A stretch of DNA of 64,000 nt. Origin: Methanobacteriota archaeon. GTDB lineage: Archaea > Thermoplasmatota > Thermoplasmata > SG8-5 > JAGLSY01. Both the position numbers and the translations under genes were made by a program. The DNA lies in assembly GCA_020697715.1 (NCBI GenBank), contig JAEHCO010000001.1, forward strand, positions 608,001 to 672,000, given 5' to 3'. Shown one piece after another: positions 43,699 through 52,626 of the stretch (positions are counted from its first letter, which is position 1; each line of letters starts with the position of its first letter). Below the pieces are notes generated by a model, which worked only from the letters and a program-made list of their open reading frames with translations, was not told where the DNA came from and made no database searches.

Positions 43699-46032
43699 AT
43701 GAAGAGGAAGAGATTGGCCACAGTGGAAGAGGCGATCCTGGTATATTTGATAGGCTTCTCCAAATACAGAGAAGAGGAAGATGTTCCTTTGTCAGTTAGC
43801 CAGATAGGTATTTCTCGTAGCCTGAGTATCAGGAGAAGTCATATCTCCACCTCTCTGGATTCGGCGAAGAAAAGGGGCTTCGTGGAGGAAAAGAAGTGCC
43901 GAGTCAAAGGCGAGCCCAGGAAGAGGAAATCATATTTTTTGACAGAGATTGGCTCTACCAAGGCCATAGAGCTCGAGAAATTATTTTTGGAGCAAGAGGT
44001 AAATGCCATTATGAGGGATGGAGAGGAATTTCAAGGTCGTATAAGCGAGTTTCTTGAAAAAATAGATAATTCATCCAATCTGGCCAGGATACTCACCCAT
44101 ACTTATGAAGGAACCGTACACCTTTCAGAGATATCCGAGTCAGATGAAAGCCAGAAGATGTCCAAAGAAATTCCCAATATTTCTTTGTTAATTGGTCGTG
44201 AAGATGAACTGACTGAGATAGATAAGGTGGTCTCAGGCAAGTCCAATATCATGGTAGTGACTGGCATAGGTGGCATTGGAAAGACAGCCTTGCTAGCTCA
44301 TACTTTAAATAATTCCAAACACACATCTGAGGTTTTCTGGTTCGATGTGGGTGAATGGAGTAGTATAAGGAACACATCCATGCACCTTGGGAATTTCCTG
44401 GATGGGAAAGGTAGTTCGAGATTGAAAAGATATATGTCGGCCCATGAAAATCCAGATATGGCGGATATATATGATATCCTTGTGAATCTGGATGTCCCGT
44501 TGATACTGGCATTTGACGATATACACAATTCCAGTCTGAAATTTCAATTATTCTTGAGAATGCTGGTTTCGGCAGGTCTGGAATCTAAGAATATGAAATT
44601 ATTTCTTCTCGGCAGGAGTGACCCAGGAATTCTTGAGAACAAGCATTTGCATGATCCTCGATCCGTCAGATCAGACCTTGCAGGACTTTCGGAAGGGTCC
44701 AGTATTGAACTGTTGAAATTGAGAGGATTCACGGAGGGTCAGGCCAAGGTCATTGCAGAAAAATCCGGTGGTCACCCATTATACCTATCTCTGATAAAGG
44801 ATGCAAATCCAGGCGCGATTGATGATATAGAGAAGATACTGGCTAATGATATTTTTAATCAGTTGAAAGATGATGAAAAGGAAATCTTGGCTCGCCTGTC
44901 TGTTTTCCGCGAACCTGTTAATTCAGATGCGATCGTCCTAGATAATGATGATTTTGATATCTTGGAAGATCTGGCCGGCCGGTCACTGGTAATGAAGAAT
45001 GATGGCTGGTCCACACATGGTCTTCTTCGTAATTTCTTCTACGATCGCCAGCTTTTGAGAACCCGGCTGTCATTGCATGAGATGGCATCGGAATATTACA
45101 ATTCAAAAAGGCTGGTAAGTGATAGAATCGAAGAGACCTATCACTTGATCAAGGCTCATGATGCAGAGACCGCGATATTCCTGATGAGGACAGAGGGAAA
45201 AAGCTGGCTGAAGCAAGGTTATCAGGATGAGATCGTCAATCTCTTTGAAATGATATCAAATACAGATATGCTGGATGATGTGAATGAGATTGAGAATGCA
45301 TTTGAATTGAATATGCTGGCAGGTCTGGCACATACTCGAATGGGCAATTGGCCAATATCTAAAAGATTACTCTCTCAGGCATTGGGGCTGGCCAGTGTGA
45401 TGGATGATGACATAATGGAGGCCAGAGCCCTTCATCAACTAGGCGTGATTTTGTATCGAAGAGGAGACCTGGAGGAAGCTTTGGAGCAGTTTGTCGATGC
45501 AATAGAATTGGTAAAGGAACAGTCCAAACTGAGATCCGAGATCGATAATAGTATGGGCGTGATATACTGGAGATTGGGTAAGCCAGAATTGGCCAGAGCC
45601 TCCTATGAGGAAGACCTGGCCATATCTCGAGATCGGAATGATCTTGAGGGCATTGTGCGCGCCCTCAATAATCTTGGAATACTTCATTGCGAGGCCGAAG
45701 ACCATGACAGGGCTCTTGAGCTGTACGCGGAAGCGATGAAGTTGGCTGAGAGAGACGGGGATCATAAACTCGTCTCGATCCTCTATAGCAATATTGCGGA
45801 TTCTTACAAATCCAAGGGAAATATGGCCGAGGCCAGAAGATTTTATGAAAGGTGTGTCCAATTGTCTGAGGATCTTGGGTTCAGGTGGCAGATCGCTGAG
45901 GCATACAGAGGTATGGCCGAGGTCATTCCAGATGAACGTGATACATACTTGGAAAAGTCATTAGCTATCTTTCAGGGTCTGGGGGCGAAGGAGGACATCA
46001 TTTCTGTCAAGAAAATGATGGATATGGAATAA
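43699..46032 (+). CDS. Winged-HTH / STAND NTPase / TPR protein (putative signal-responsive regulator)
   Basis: N-terminal wHTH (SQIGISRSLSIRRSHIS...YFLTEIG), LIGREDEL, Walker A GIGGIGKT, LAFDDIH, SGGHPL, C-terminal TPRs. Confidence 0.85.
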   Translation: MKRKRLATVEEAILVYLIGFSKYREEEDVPLSVSQIGISRSLSIRRSHISTSLDSAKKRGFVEEKKCRVKGEPRKRKSYFLTEIGSTKAIELEKLFLEQEVNAIMRDGEEFQGRISEFLEKIDNSSNLARILTHTYEGTVHLSEISESDESQKMSKEIPNISLLIGREDELTEIDKVVSGKSNIMVVTGIGGIGKTALLAHTLNNSKHTSEVFWFDVGEWSSIRNTSMHLGNFLDGKGSSRLKRYMSAHENPDMADIYDILVNLDVPLILAFDDIHNSSLKFQLFLRMLVSAGLESKNMKLFLLGRSDPGILENKHLHDPRSVRSDLAGLSEGSSIELLKLRGFTEGQAKVIAEKSGGHPLYLSLIKDANPGAIDDIEKILANDIFNQLKDDEKEILARLSVFREPVNSDAIVLDNDDFDILEDLAGRSLVMKNDGWSTHGLLRNFFYDRQLLRTRLSLHEMASEYYNSKRLVSDRIEETYHLIKAHDAETAIFLMRTEGKSWLKQGYQDEIVNLFEMISNTDMLDDVNEIENAFELNMLAGLAHTRMGNWPISKRLLSQALGLASVMDDDIMEARALHQLGVILYRRGDLEEALEQFVDAIELVKEQSKLRSEIDNSMGVIYWRLGKPELARASYEEDLAISRDRNDLEGIVRALNNLGILHCEAEDHDRALELYAEAMKLAERDGDHKLVSILYSNIADSYKSKGNMAEARRFYERCVQLSEDLGFRWQIAEAYRGMAEVIPDERDTYLEKSLAIFQGLGAKEDIISVKKMMDME

Positions 46033-46100
46033 GCCTACCAGATATAGTTTGATGGAATAGATGTGGCAAATATCTTGTTTTGATAAATATGATTTTTATC

Positions 46101-47462
46101 TCAGGAAGCCAGCTGCTCGCCCACGATCCTGTCAATGGCAGTTAGAAAATCATTTTCCTTCTTCGACGGGACCTTCGCGCCGGAGGCGATATTATGTCCG
46201 CCTCCGCTACCCCCGGCCTCGGCAGATGCCTGTTTACATGCTGTTCCTAGATCCAGGCCAATGTTCACAAGTTCACGTGTCGCTCTGGCAGAGATATGCG
46301 ATGTATCATCACCTGTAAATAATCCGATTATGGGTTTGGACTTGTCAAAGATATATAGAGCTCCAAGGCCAGCTATCACGCCGGAATATGAGCTATCTCG
46401 GACATGCACATATTGAATATTATCCATCTGAACCGGAGGCTCTTCTTCAATTGCCAGCATGCTGTCCATTATCCAGTCAATATGTTCCTTCTGAACTGAT
46501 CTGGCTTCTTCCAATGCTTCCTTAGAGCCCAAAGCCAGGCTCAATCCCAGGCTATATTTTTTCTTCCTGCCACAGGCATTGAGCAGTGGTACAAGCTCAT
46601 CCACATACATGCCCCAATCATACAGCCAATATCTATTGGTAACGAGCTGATCTATCGCTTCAACACTGGCACCTTGCTTTAAAAGATGAAGTGCCAGGGT
46701 GGAGGATAGATGTCTCATCTTTTCCTCTTCAAGTGATTTGAGGGTGGATGTCTCATCCAATCCCATGCTTTCAAGGAAGGACATGACCTCTTTCTTATTG
46801 CCACTGAGTCCCTTGAAATAGGGCTCTGGATGATTGAGAAGACTACTGTATATTGTTTCTCCTCTTAGATCTAGCACCTTCTCCTTTTTGATAAGCTCTC
46901 GAGCAACTGCCCGATTGACGAAATGATCATTATAACCTCTGAAACCACCCAGGTTCTGCCGGTCGCCAACTGCTCCTGCCAGGGCAAGAGGCGCGAGGTC
47001 CCAGTTCTCTTTATCGAGGGCGACTGCGAGGAAGAAGCTCATGGTCGCTCCACATGCTTCCCTGGCACCATCGAATCCAAAAAGATGTGGGTTCAGGTGT
47101 ATGACTGGCTTGTCTCCTTCTTTTTGGGGTGCGTGATGGTCAACCACTATCACATTCCTGTCCAGGGTTTCAAGCTCCTCAATGAAGCCACTCCCCATAT
47201 CTGAGAAGAGCAGAAGATCGAAATCCTCATTCTTGATATCATCCAGAAATCTTCCATCCACTTTCGGTGTGAGAGTTATGTGGAAGGCCTTATTGGCTCG
47301 TGTCAAAGCTTTGGCAAGGATAGCGGCAGAGCTCATTCCATCGGGGTCATAATGAGAAATAAGTCTTATCAGGCCATTTGTTTGCCTGATAAGAGCAGAT
47401 GCCTCGCCGAGCCTCTCTGAGAAATTCTTGCTGAATTCCAGATCAAGGGATTTGTCGGCCAT
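46101..47462 (-). CDS. RecJ-like DHH family phosphoesterase with DHHA1 domain
   Basis: SHYDPDG, FSDMGSG, VVDHH, GAVGD, GGGHNIASGA; conserved position after rps15. Confidence 0.92.
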   Translation of the reverse strand: MADKSLDLEFSKNFSERLGEASALIRQTNGLIRLISHYDPDGMSSAAILAKALTRANKAFHITLTPKVDGRFLDDIKNEDFDLLLFSDMGSGFIEELETLDRNVIVVDHHAPQKEGDKPVIHLNPHLFGFDGAREACGATMSFFLAVALDKENWDLAPLALAGAVGDRQNLGGFRGYNDHFVNRAVARELIKKEKVLDLRGETIYSSLLNHPEPYFKGLSGNKKEVMSFLESMGLDETSTLKSLEEEKMRHLSSTLALHLLKQGASVEAIDQLVTNRYWLYDWGMYVDELVPLLNACGRKKKYSLGLSLALGSKEALEEARSVQKEHIDWIMDSMLAIEEEPPVQMDNIQYVHVRDSSYSGVIAGLGALYIFDKSKPIIGLFTGDDTSHISARATRELVNIGLDLGTACKQASAEAGGSGGGHNIASGAKVPSKKENDFLTAIDRIVGEQLAS

Positions 47463-47463
47463 C

Positions 47464-47922
47464 TTACCTACTCAATTCGATCTCGGCTGTCTTGATAGAG
47501 TATTTCCAATCCTTGGAGATCACTCCAGTGGATTTATAATATCTTTCTAGGCGCCTTATCTTTGCCTCTATAAGCTGCAAACTCCTCTTATTGTGAGTGT
47601 CCTTTTTATTATCCTGGATATGGTTGTTAAGATTGACTGCCTTGGTCATAAGGTTGCTTATGTCCTCGGGTAGTTTCATTATTATACCATTCTCGGTCAT
47701 GATCTGTGTGATGGATTTTCCTGTGGCCAATTTGACATCTGGAACTCCATATTGATCTCTCAGAACTGTACCGATCTTGGCACTGGAGTCTCCCTCCCCT
47801 GCCATCTTGGTTATTGTCTCAACTATCTCTTTCTTATCCATTTGAACCCATGCTGGGTTCTCGTATATCAGTGGGCGGGTGGAGGAAGATTTCCCCTTTC
47901 GCCTTGCATGCATCCTTGCCAT
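47464..47922 (-). CDS. rps15: 30S ribosomal protein S15 (uS15/S13e)
   Basis: MARMHARRKGKSSSTRP, IGTVLRDQYGVPDV, LPED, IEAKIRRLERYYK. Confidence 0.97.
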   Translation of the reverse strand: MARMHARRKGKSSSTRPLIYENPAWVQMDKKEIVETITKMAGEGDSSAKIGTVLRDQYGVPDVKLATGKSITQIMTENGIIMKLPEDISNLMTKAVNLNNHIQDNKKDTHNKRSLQLIEAKIRRLERYYKSTGVISKDWKYSIKTAEIELSR

Positions 47923-48181
47923 TTTATATCTCTCCATTTCATTCCGATATTTTGAATACGTGAATTTATTCATGCATTCAAAGCTTCAAATTTTTCGAAG
48001 CTCTGAATACGCGAACCAGGTTCTTGCACTCAAAACTCATCCATGTCCATATTGCAGGCCATGGTGCCTATTATAAGGCTGAAGTATTCGGTAGTAACAA
48101 TTTCTTGTATTTAAGACTGATTGCTGGAAATGAGATAAATAAGGCATTAAGCTAATCAATGATTAGTGTATGGAATAATCT

Positions 48182-48451
48182 ATGTCGAAAATACTGAAAG
48201 TATATGCCTCCACATGGTGCATACATTGCAAATTGACTGTGAAATTCTTGAAAGAGAATCACATACCTTTTGAATATAATAATATAAATGAAGTGGATGA
48301 TGATACACTTCAGAAGATAATTGAAGTAAATGGCGGAGTTGATTGGGTCATTCCCACCATGGAGTTCGATGGGCAATGGAACCCGGGAAAGGTATTCAAT
48401 AAGGAAGTTTTAATAAATGACCTGCGAGCTATGGGGATAGATATTGATTGA
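48182..48451 (+). CDS. Glutaredoxin-like (NrdH/mycoredoxin-type) protein
   Basis: WCIHC active site, VIPTMEFDG cis-Pro motif, 89 aa. Confidence 0.85.
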   Translation: MSKILKVYASTWCIHCKLTVKFLKENHIPFEYNNINEVDDDTLQKIIEVNGGVDWVIPTMEFDGQWNPGKVFNKEVLINDLRAMGIDID

Positions 48452-48471
48452 AGCCAGTGGTGTGATAGTAA

Positions 48472-48801
48472 GTGTCGGGCAAAAGGATCCAAAGAGAAAA
48501 AACAACCATAAAAGCCATGTTCAGGATATTCTGCAATAAGAATCATGGAAATGGTAAGGAGCTATGCCCGGATTGCTCGAACCTTCTGAAATATTCGGAA
48601 GACAAGCTGGACAAATGCCCCTTTCAGGAAAAGAAGGCTCCTTGCACCGATTGTCTAATCCATTGCTATGCGGAACCCATGAGGACCCAGGTTCGAGAAG
48701 TGATGAGGTTCTCTGGGCCAAGGATGTTATCACGACATCCTTGGTTGGCCATCATGCATCTAGTTGATGGCAGGCGTTCACCCAAAGATAAAGAGAAATG
48801 A
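48472..48801 (+). CDS. YgbA / nitrous oxide-stimulated promoter family Cys-rich protein
   Basis: REKTTIKAMFRIFC..H, LCPDC, CPF..KAPCTDCLIHCY, REVMRFSGPRML. Confidence 0.9.
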   Translation: MSGKRIQREKTTIKAMFRIFCNKNHGNGKELCPDCSNLLKYSEDKLDKCPFQEKKAPCTDCLIHCYAEPMRTQVREVMRFSGPRMLSRHPWLAIMHLVDGRRSPKDKEK

Positions 48802-48912
48802 TGGTATATTGATACCCAAATATACAACAAATGATGGTATATTGATACCTAAATATACAACAAATGATGGTATATTGATACCTAAATATACAACAAATGA
48901 TGGTATACTGAT
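48796..48912. repeat. 33-bp tandem repeat x3.5 starting at the ygbA-like stop codon
   Basis: AAATGATGGTATATTGATACC(C/T)AAATATACAAC x3 plus partial copy; no spacers. Confidence 0.92.
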
Positions 48913-49327
48913 GAATGAAGATACACAATGTGAAGAAGGAAATAAACTCACCAATATCATCTGGGTGATCGCCGGAACGATATCCCTGGCTTTTGGAATA
49001 ATAGGCATCGTATTACCATTGCTTCCAACAACCCCCTTTCTTCTTCTCTCGGCAGCCTGTTATTGCCGAGGCTCTGAAAAGATGCACACATGGTTACTTG
49101 AGCATAAATTATTTGGAAGGTATATCAGGGATTACCAGGAGAAAAGAGGAATAAGGAAAAAGGCCAAGATAACAGCCATTGTCACCATGTGGGCCTCCAT
49201 ACTGTTATGTGCTTGGTATCTGGGTTATTCAGAGATCATGCCTGATAAAATTCTATATGTCCAGATCCTTTTGATCATCATAGCCTCGGGAGTTACAATT
49301 CATTTGCTAAAACTAAAAACATTGTAA
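48911..49327 (+). CDS. YbaN (DUF454) family membrane protein
   Basis: GIIGIVLPLLPTTPFLLLSAACY.RGS, WLLEHKLFG; start set after the tandem repeat. Confidence 0.9.
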   Translation: MNEDTQCEEGNKLTNIIWVIAGTISLAFGIIGIVLPLLPTTPFLLLSAACYCRGSEKMHTWLLEHKLFGRYIRDYQEKRGIRKKAKITAIVTMWASILLCAWYLGYSEIMPDKILYVQILLIIIASGVTIHLLKLKTL

Positions 49328-49485
49328 TTATCAATGAGGGCTACATTAACCTAAACAGCATTGAACGATACCAGTACAATGGATAACATTATCTTACAAA
49401 TTAGTCGTGGATTCTCAATTATGATAACTGCCAGACCTGGCAAAAACTACTAATAATATGGAGTTAATGCTTCGGCCGATATCAA

Positions 49486-50451
49486 ATGGATGGCAGTCTA
49501 AAAAGTAAATCAAAGAGCGTGCTTATCGAGCTCTCAAGGATCAATGAATGGGCGATCATCTCAATCAGCCTTACATTATTCGTTTTCTTACCGAATATGT
49601 ATGTGACCAATGAAGGAACCATCACATCCGAGATCATATTGGAGCTTTTCACATCAGCGGGTCTGTATATCGCCCTGGCCATAGTCTTCACAGCTCAGAT
49701 ATTCCTATTTGCCAGTAATGATTATTATGACAGGCATGTCGATGCTCTGGATGAGGGAAAAAGACAGAGAAATCCAGTATGTGCGGGACGGGTGACTGAG
49801 AAGCAGGTCAAAGGACTTCTCATCGTGACCGCCATCGTACCAGTGGCCCTTTCATTATACTTCAATTTATACGCCTTTATATTGACATCTTTCACTATCT
49901 TTGTTTTCTTCTTCTATACCGCTGAGCCTCTCAGGTTCAAGAGCAAGGTGGGACTTGATGTATTGAGTCATGCGACACTTATCAACTCATTTCCATACAT
50001 TTTCAGTCTTGTCGCCCTTGGATATTATGTTCCAGGCATAATCTTTCTTCTTGTCATCATAATGCTTCGAAGTGCCATCGCTCAGCTACTTCAGGAGGTC
50101 AGGGATCATGATATTGACAAGAAGGCCGAGACAAATACCGTGATCTATCTGGGACAGAAAAAGGCAGTATGGCTTGTTTTCTCCATATACTTGACCATGA
50201 CCATCGGGACAGCTTTACTTCTTTTGACATACCAGTTATTTGGAGTGGGCATATCTCCTTTCTATCTGTTCGTGATGTTCATCACCCTTTCATATGCTCC
50301 CACCTTCTATAAACTGGTCAAAGCAGATGATTATTCAGAGATAATCGAAAAGCAGTGGATGGGGCAGGGCAGGACGAACAGGCAGCTCGGTCTTTCCTAT
50401 GGTCTGCCAGTAGGTGTCTATCTCTTCATACTGTTCTTTGTATTGTTGTGA
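49486..50451 (+). CDS. UbiA-family membrane prenyltransferase
   Basis: NDYYDRHVD and EVRDHDIDKK aspartate motifs, YTAEPLRFK, many TM helices. Confidence 0.88.
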   Translation: MDGSLKSKSKSVLIELSRINEWAIISISLTLFVFLPNMYVTNEGTITSEIILELFTSAGLYIALAIVFTAQIFLFASNDYYDRHVDALDEGKRQRNPVCAGRVTEKQVKGLLIVTAIVPVALSLYFNLYAFILTSFTIFVFFFYTAEPLRFKSKVGLDVLSHATLINSFPYIFSLVALGYYVPGIIFLLVIIMLRSAIAQLLQEVRDHDIDKKAETNTVIYLGQKKAVWLVFSIYLTMTIGTALLLLTYQLFGVGISPFYLFVMFITLSYAPTFYKLVKADDYSEIIEKQWMGQGRTNRQLGLSYGLPVGVYLFILFFVLL

Positions 50452-50494
50452 TATTTCAATAATTATAAATACCAATTATCCGCTTCATAATACA

Positions 50495-51667
50495 ATGGGA
50501 CAGGAATTTCTGGAGCGTGGAATAACAGCCAAAGAGAGAATAATCATTCACCTAAAGGATCATTGGAACTTCAGAGATGAGATGGAATGTCCCTTCGAGA
50601 TCACGCAGGCTGGTATATCGGAGAACACTGGTCTTACACTATCTCATATTCCCCGGAATATAAAGAAAATGAAAGACGAAGGCCTTGTGGTAGAAGGCAA
50701 GGCCTATGTGAAAGGTAAGAGCAGGAGATACAAAGTATACCATCCGACCCAAAAGGGTCTGAAGCTTGGCAGATCCTTGATCAAGGAGATCGGGAAGACC
50801 TCTGCCATTTACAATGATGAGAGCATGCTGGTGCTGGATATCCTGAAAATGGAAAAGGAGCCAGCTATGGCTGTTCTCGCCTCGCTTTTGGGAGAATCCT
50901 CTGAAAGATCAGTCACTAGGAAAAAGAAACTGGGATATCATGGAAATATCCCGGACACCGATGGTTTTGTGGATAGGACGGAAGAACTTGAGGAATTGAA
51001 TGACCTTTTCTCATCAGATGTCACGAAGCTCATTATGATATACGGTAGCCAGGGTTATGGGACCAGCATGCTGGCATCCAAGTTCATAAAAGATATCGGG
51101 AGTCAGTGGAATTGCATTATCTGGGTGGATATCAAGAAGAAGCTGGACGACACACTGGAACAGTTGTACAGTCATCTTACCGCATCCGGGCTAGATGGTA
51201 TTACAAAAGAAATGATATCCGATCCTCACGCTATCATCTCATATCTGGCAGATAAGAAGATGGTAATTGTCTTTGATGGATATTTCGATGTGGGCGAGGC
51301 CAGCGTGGAATATTTCTTTGGCCTTGTGGAGAAATTGAAGGAGGTCAATGGGCTGAAGATGATCGTGACCGCCAGGGAGGACACCGCTTCCTACAATCGT
51401 TTCTACACGATAATGGACATCCATGATTCCAGTGTTCAGGAGATCCATGTCAAGAGGATGGATATGACATCCTGTCGCGCACTGCTCGGAGTGAATGATC
51501 TGGAAGATGATGCATTGAGGAGGCTTTACGCTTTCACAAGGGGAAGTCCATCCATAATGAAGACACTGGCCAGTAATGACATAAATTATATCGAGGAGAG
51601 GACCAGCTTTTCCAGAGAGGAGATAAAGCTGATGCTTCACCTGAAGACCCTGAGGATCGATAATTAG
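50495..51667 (+). CDS. Winged-HTH protein with degenerate STAND NTPase domain and no TPR array
   Basis: wHTH similar to that of 43699 (ITQAGISE...SHIPR...YHPTQKG), FVDRTEELEEL, degenerate P-loop GSQGYGTS, IVFDG, TRGSP. Confidence 0.8.
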   Translation: MGQEFLERGITAKERIIIHLKDHWNFRDEMECPFEITQAGISENTGLTLSHIPRNIKKMKDEGLVVEGKAYVKGKSRRYKVYHPTQKGLKLGRSLIKEIGKTSAIYNDESMLVLDILKMEKEPAMAVLASLLGESSERSVTRKKKLGYHGNIPDTDGFVDRTEELEELNDLFSSDVTKLIMIYGSQGYGTSMLASKFIKDIGSQWNCIIWVDIKKKLDDTLEQLYSHLTASGLDGITKEMISDPHAIISYLADKKMVIVFDGYFDVGEASVEYFFGLVEKLKEVNGLKMIVTAREDTASYNRFYTIMDIHDSSVQEIHVKRMDMTSCRALLGVNDLEDDALRRLYAFTRGSPSIMKTLASNDINYIEERTSFSREEIKLMLHLKTLRIDN

Positions 51668-51679
51668 ATCATATCCAGC

Positions 51680-52111
51680 TCAAATATCGAACAAGACCTG
51701 GACAGTGTTTTTCACCATATCGATTTCCAGCATGTGGTATGTCACGGCCTTGATCTCGGTCTTCAAAGAGTGCTTGTCCATATTCAGAGTCTCGCCCCGG
51801 ATGATGGCATTCAGTTTTTTGGTTGAGGAACCCTCATTGTCCAGAATGCCCACCTCGAACTCGGAGAATATGGTATCTTCGACTTCGAACAGGTACAAAA
51901 GCTCGGAGAGCCAGTCGACCAAAAGCTGCTCCATATCTGGAGCCTCGATCTCCACCTTGAACTCCTTATCATCGCCAACCTTTTCCACATCGGTGATCTG
52001 GGAGAACATGGCGAAAGCCGCATTTTGAAAGGCCTCCGGTATACTATCACCGAAGGCTTTGATCGCGATGTCCGCTGTATGATCGATGGTCTCGAACCTT
52101 TGGTCCACCAT
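51680..52111 (-). CDS. Archease
   Basis: IDHTADI, LLVDWLSELLY, EIKAVTYH, terminal VLFDI. Confidence 0.95.
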   Translation of the reverse strand: MVDQRFETIDHTADIAIKAFGDSIPEAFQNAAFAMFSQITDVEKVGDDKEFKVEIEAPDMEQLLVDWLSELLYLFEVEDTIFSEFEVGILDNEGSSTKKLNAIIRGETLNMDKHSLKTEIKAVTYHMLEIDMVKNTVQVLFDI

Positions 52112-52113
52112 GC

Positions 52114-52626
52114 TTAGAGTCCTTTTGCATATTCGAATACATTTCCAGCGGCCAGGATATCCTTTTGGACAGTCGAAAGGGGCATGGTCCTGCCTATGAC
52201 GAGGCCATCCTTTTCCATGGTGCCAGAGTCTGTATCGATGCTTACAATATCTCCGGTAGAAAGCGCGGAGATGTCCAGTTCTTTGATAGTGAGTATCGGA
52301 TAGCCCGAGTTGATGGCATTTCTTTTGTATATGGCCCCGTATGAATTGGCCAGTATGCAGGTGACTCCCAAATTATCAAAGCAATCCACCGCCTGCTGTC
52401 TTGATGAGCCAGAACCGAAGTTCGCACCCACTATGACGATATCCTGGGGTTGAGCTTTCTTCGCGAAATCCTCATATCCCTTCAGATTGTCAAAGGTGTA
52501 TTGCCCCATCTGGGACTTGTCGGTTATTGCCAGATATTTGTTATGGTAGATCATATCCGTATCGATATCGTCCATCAGCTGTCCATCCTCGAATATGAGC
52601 CAGATCCTTCCTTTGTATACAGTCAT
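52114..52626 (-). CDS. Aconitase-family small subunit (LeuD/HacB-like)
   Basis: DDIDTDMI, GANFGSGSSRQQA, IYKRNAINSG. Confidence 0.9.
   Translation of the reverse strand: MTVYKGRIWLIFEDGQLMDDIDTDMIYHNKYLAITDKSQMGQYTFDNLKGYEDFAKKAQPQDIVIVGANFGSGSSRQQAVDCFDNLGVTCILANSYGAIYKRNAINSGYPILTIKELDISALSTGDIVSIDTDSGTMEKDGLVIGRTMPLSTVQKDILAAGNVFEYAKGL

Noticed and set aside
48764-48910. N-terminal NDGILIPKYTT repeats on the YbaN ORF
   Set aside because: By-product of the 33-bp DNA repeat staying in frame; it overlaps the upstream gene and YbaN similarity starts after 48911.
48796-48912. 33-bp and 34-bp (42138..42239) repeats as mini CRISPR arrays
   Set aside because: Units are contiguous with no unique spacers, and no cas genes are present.
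51680-52111. Functional link between archease and the aconitase-family genes
   Set aside because: Adjacent and probably co-transcribed, but no rtcB nearby and no mechanistic link evident.
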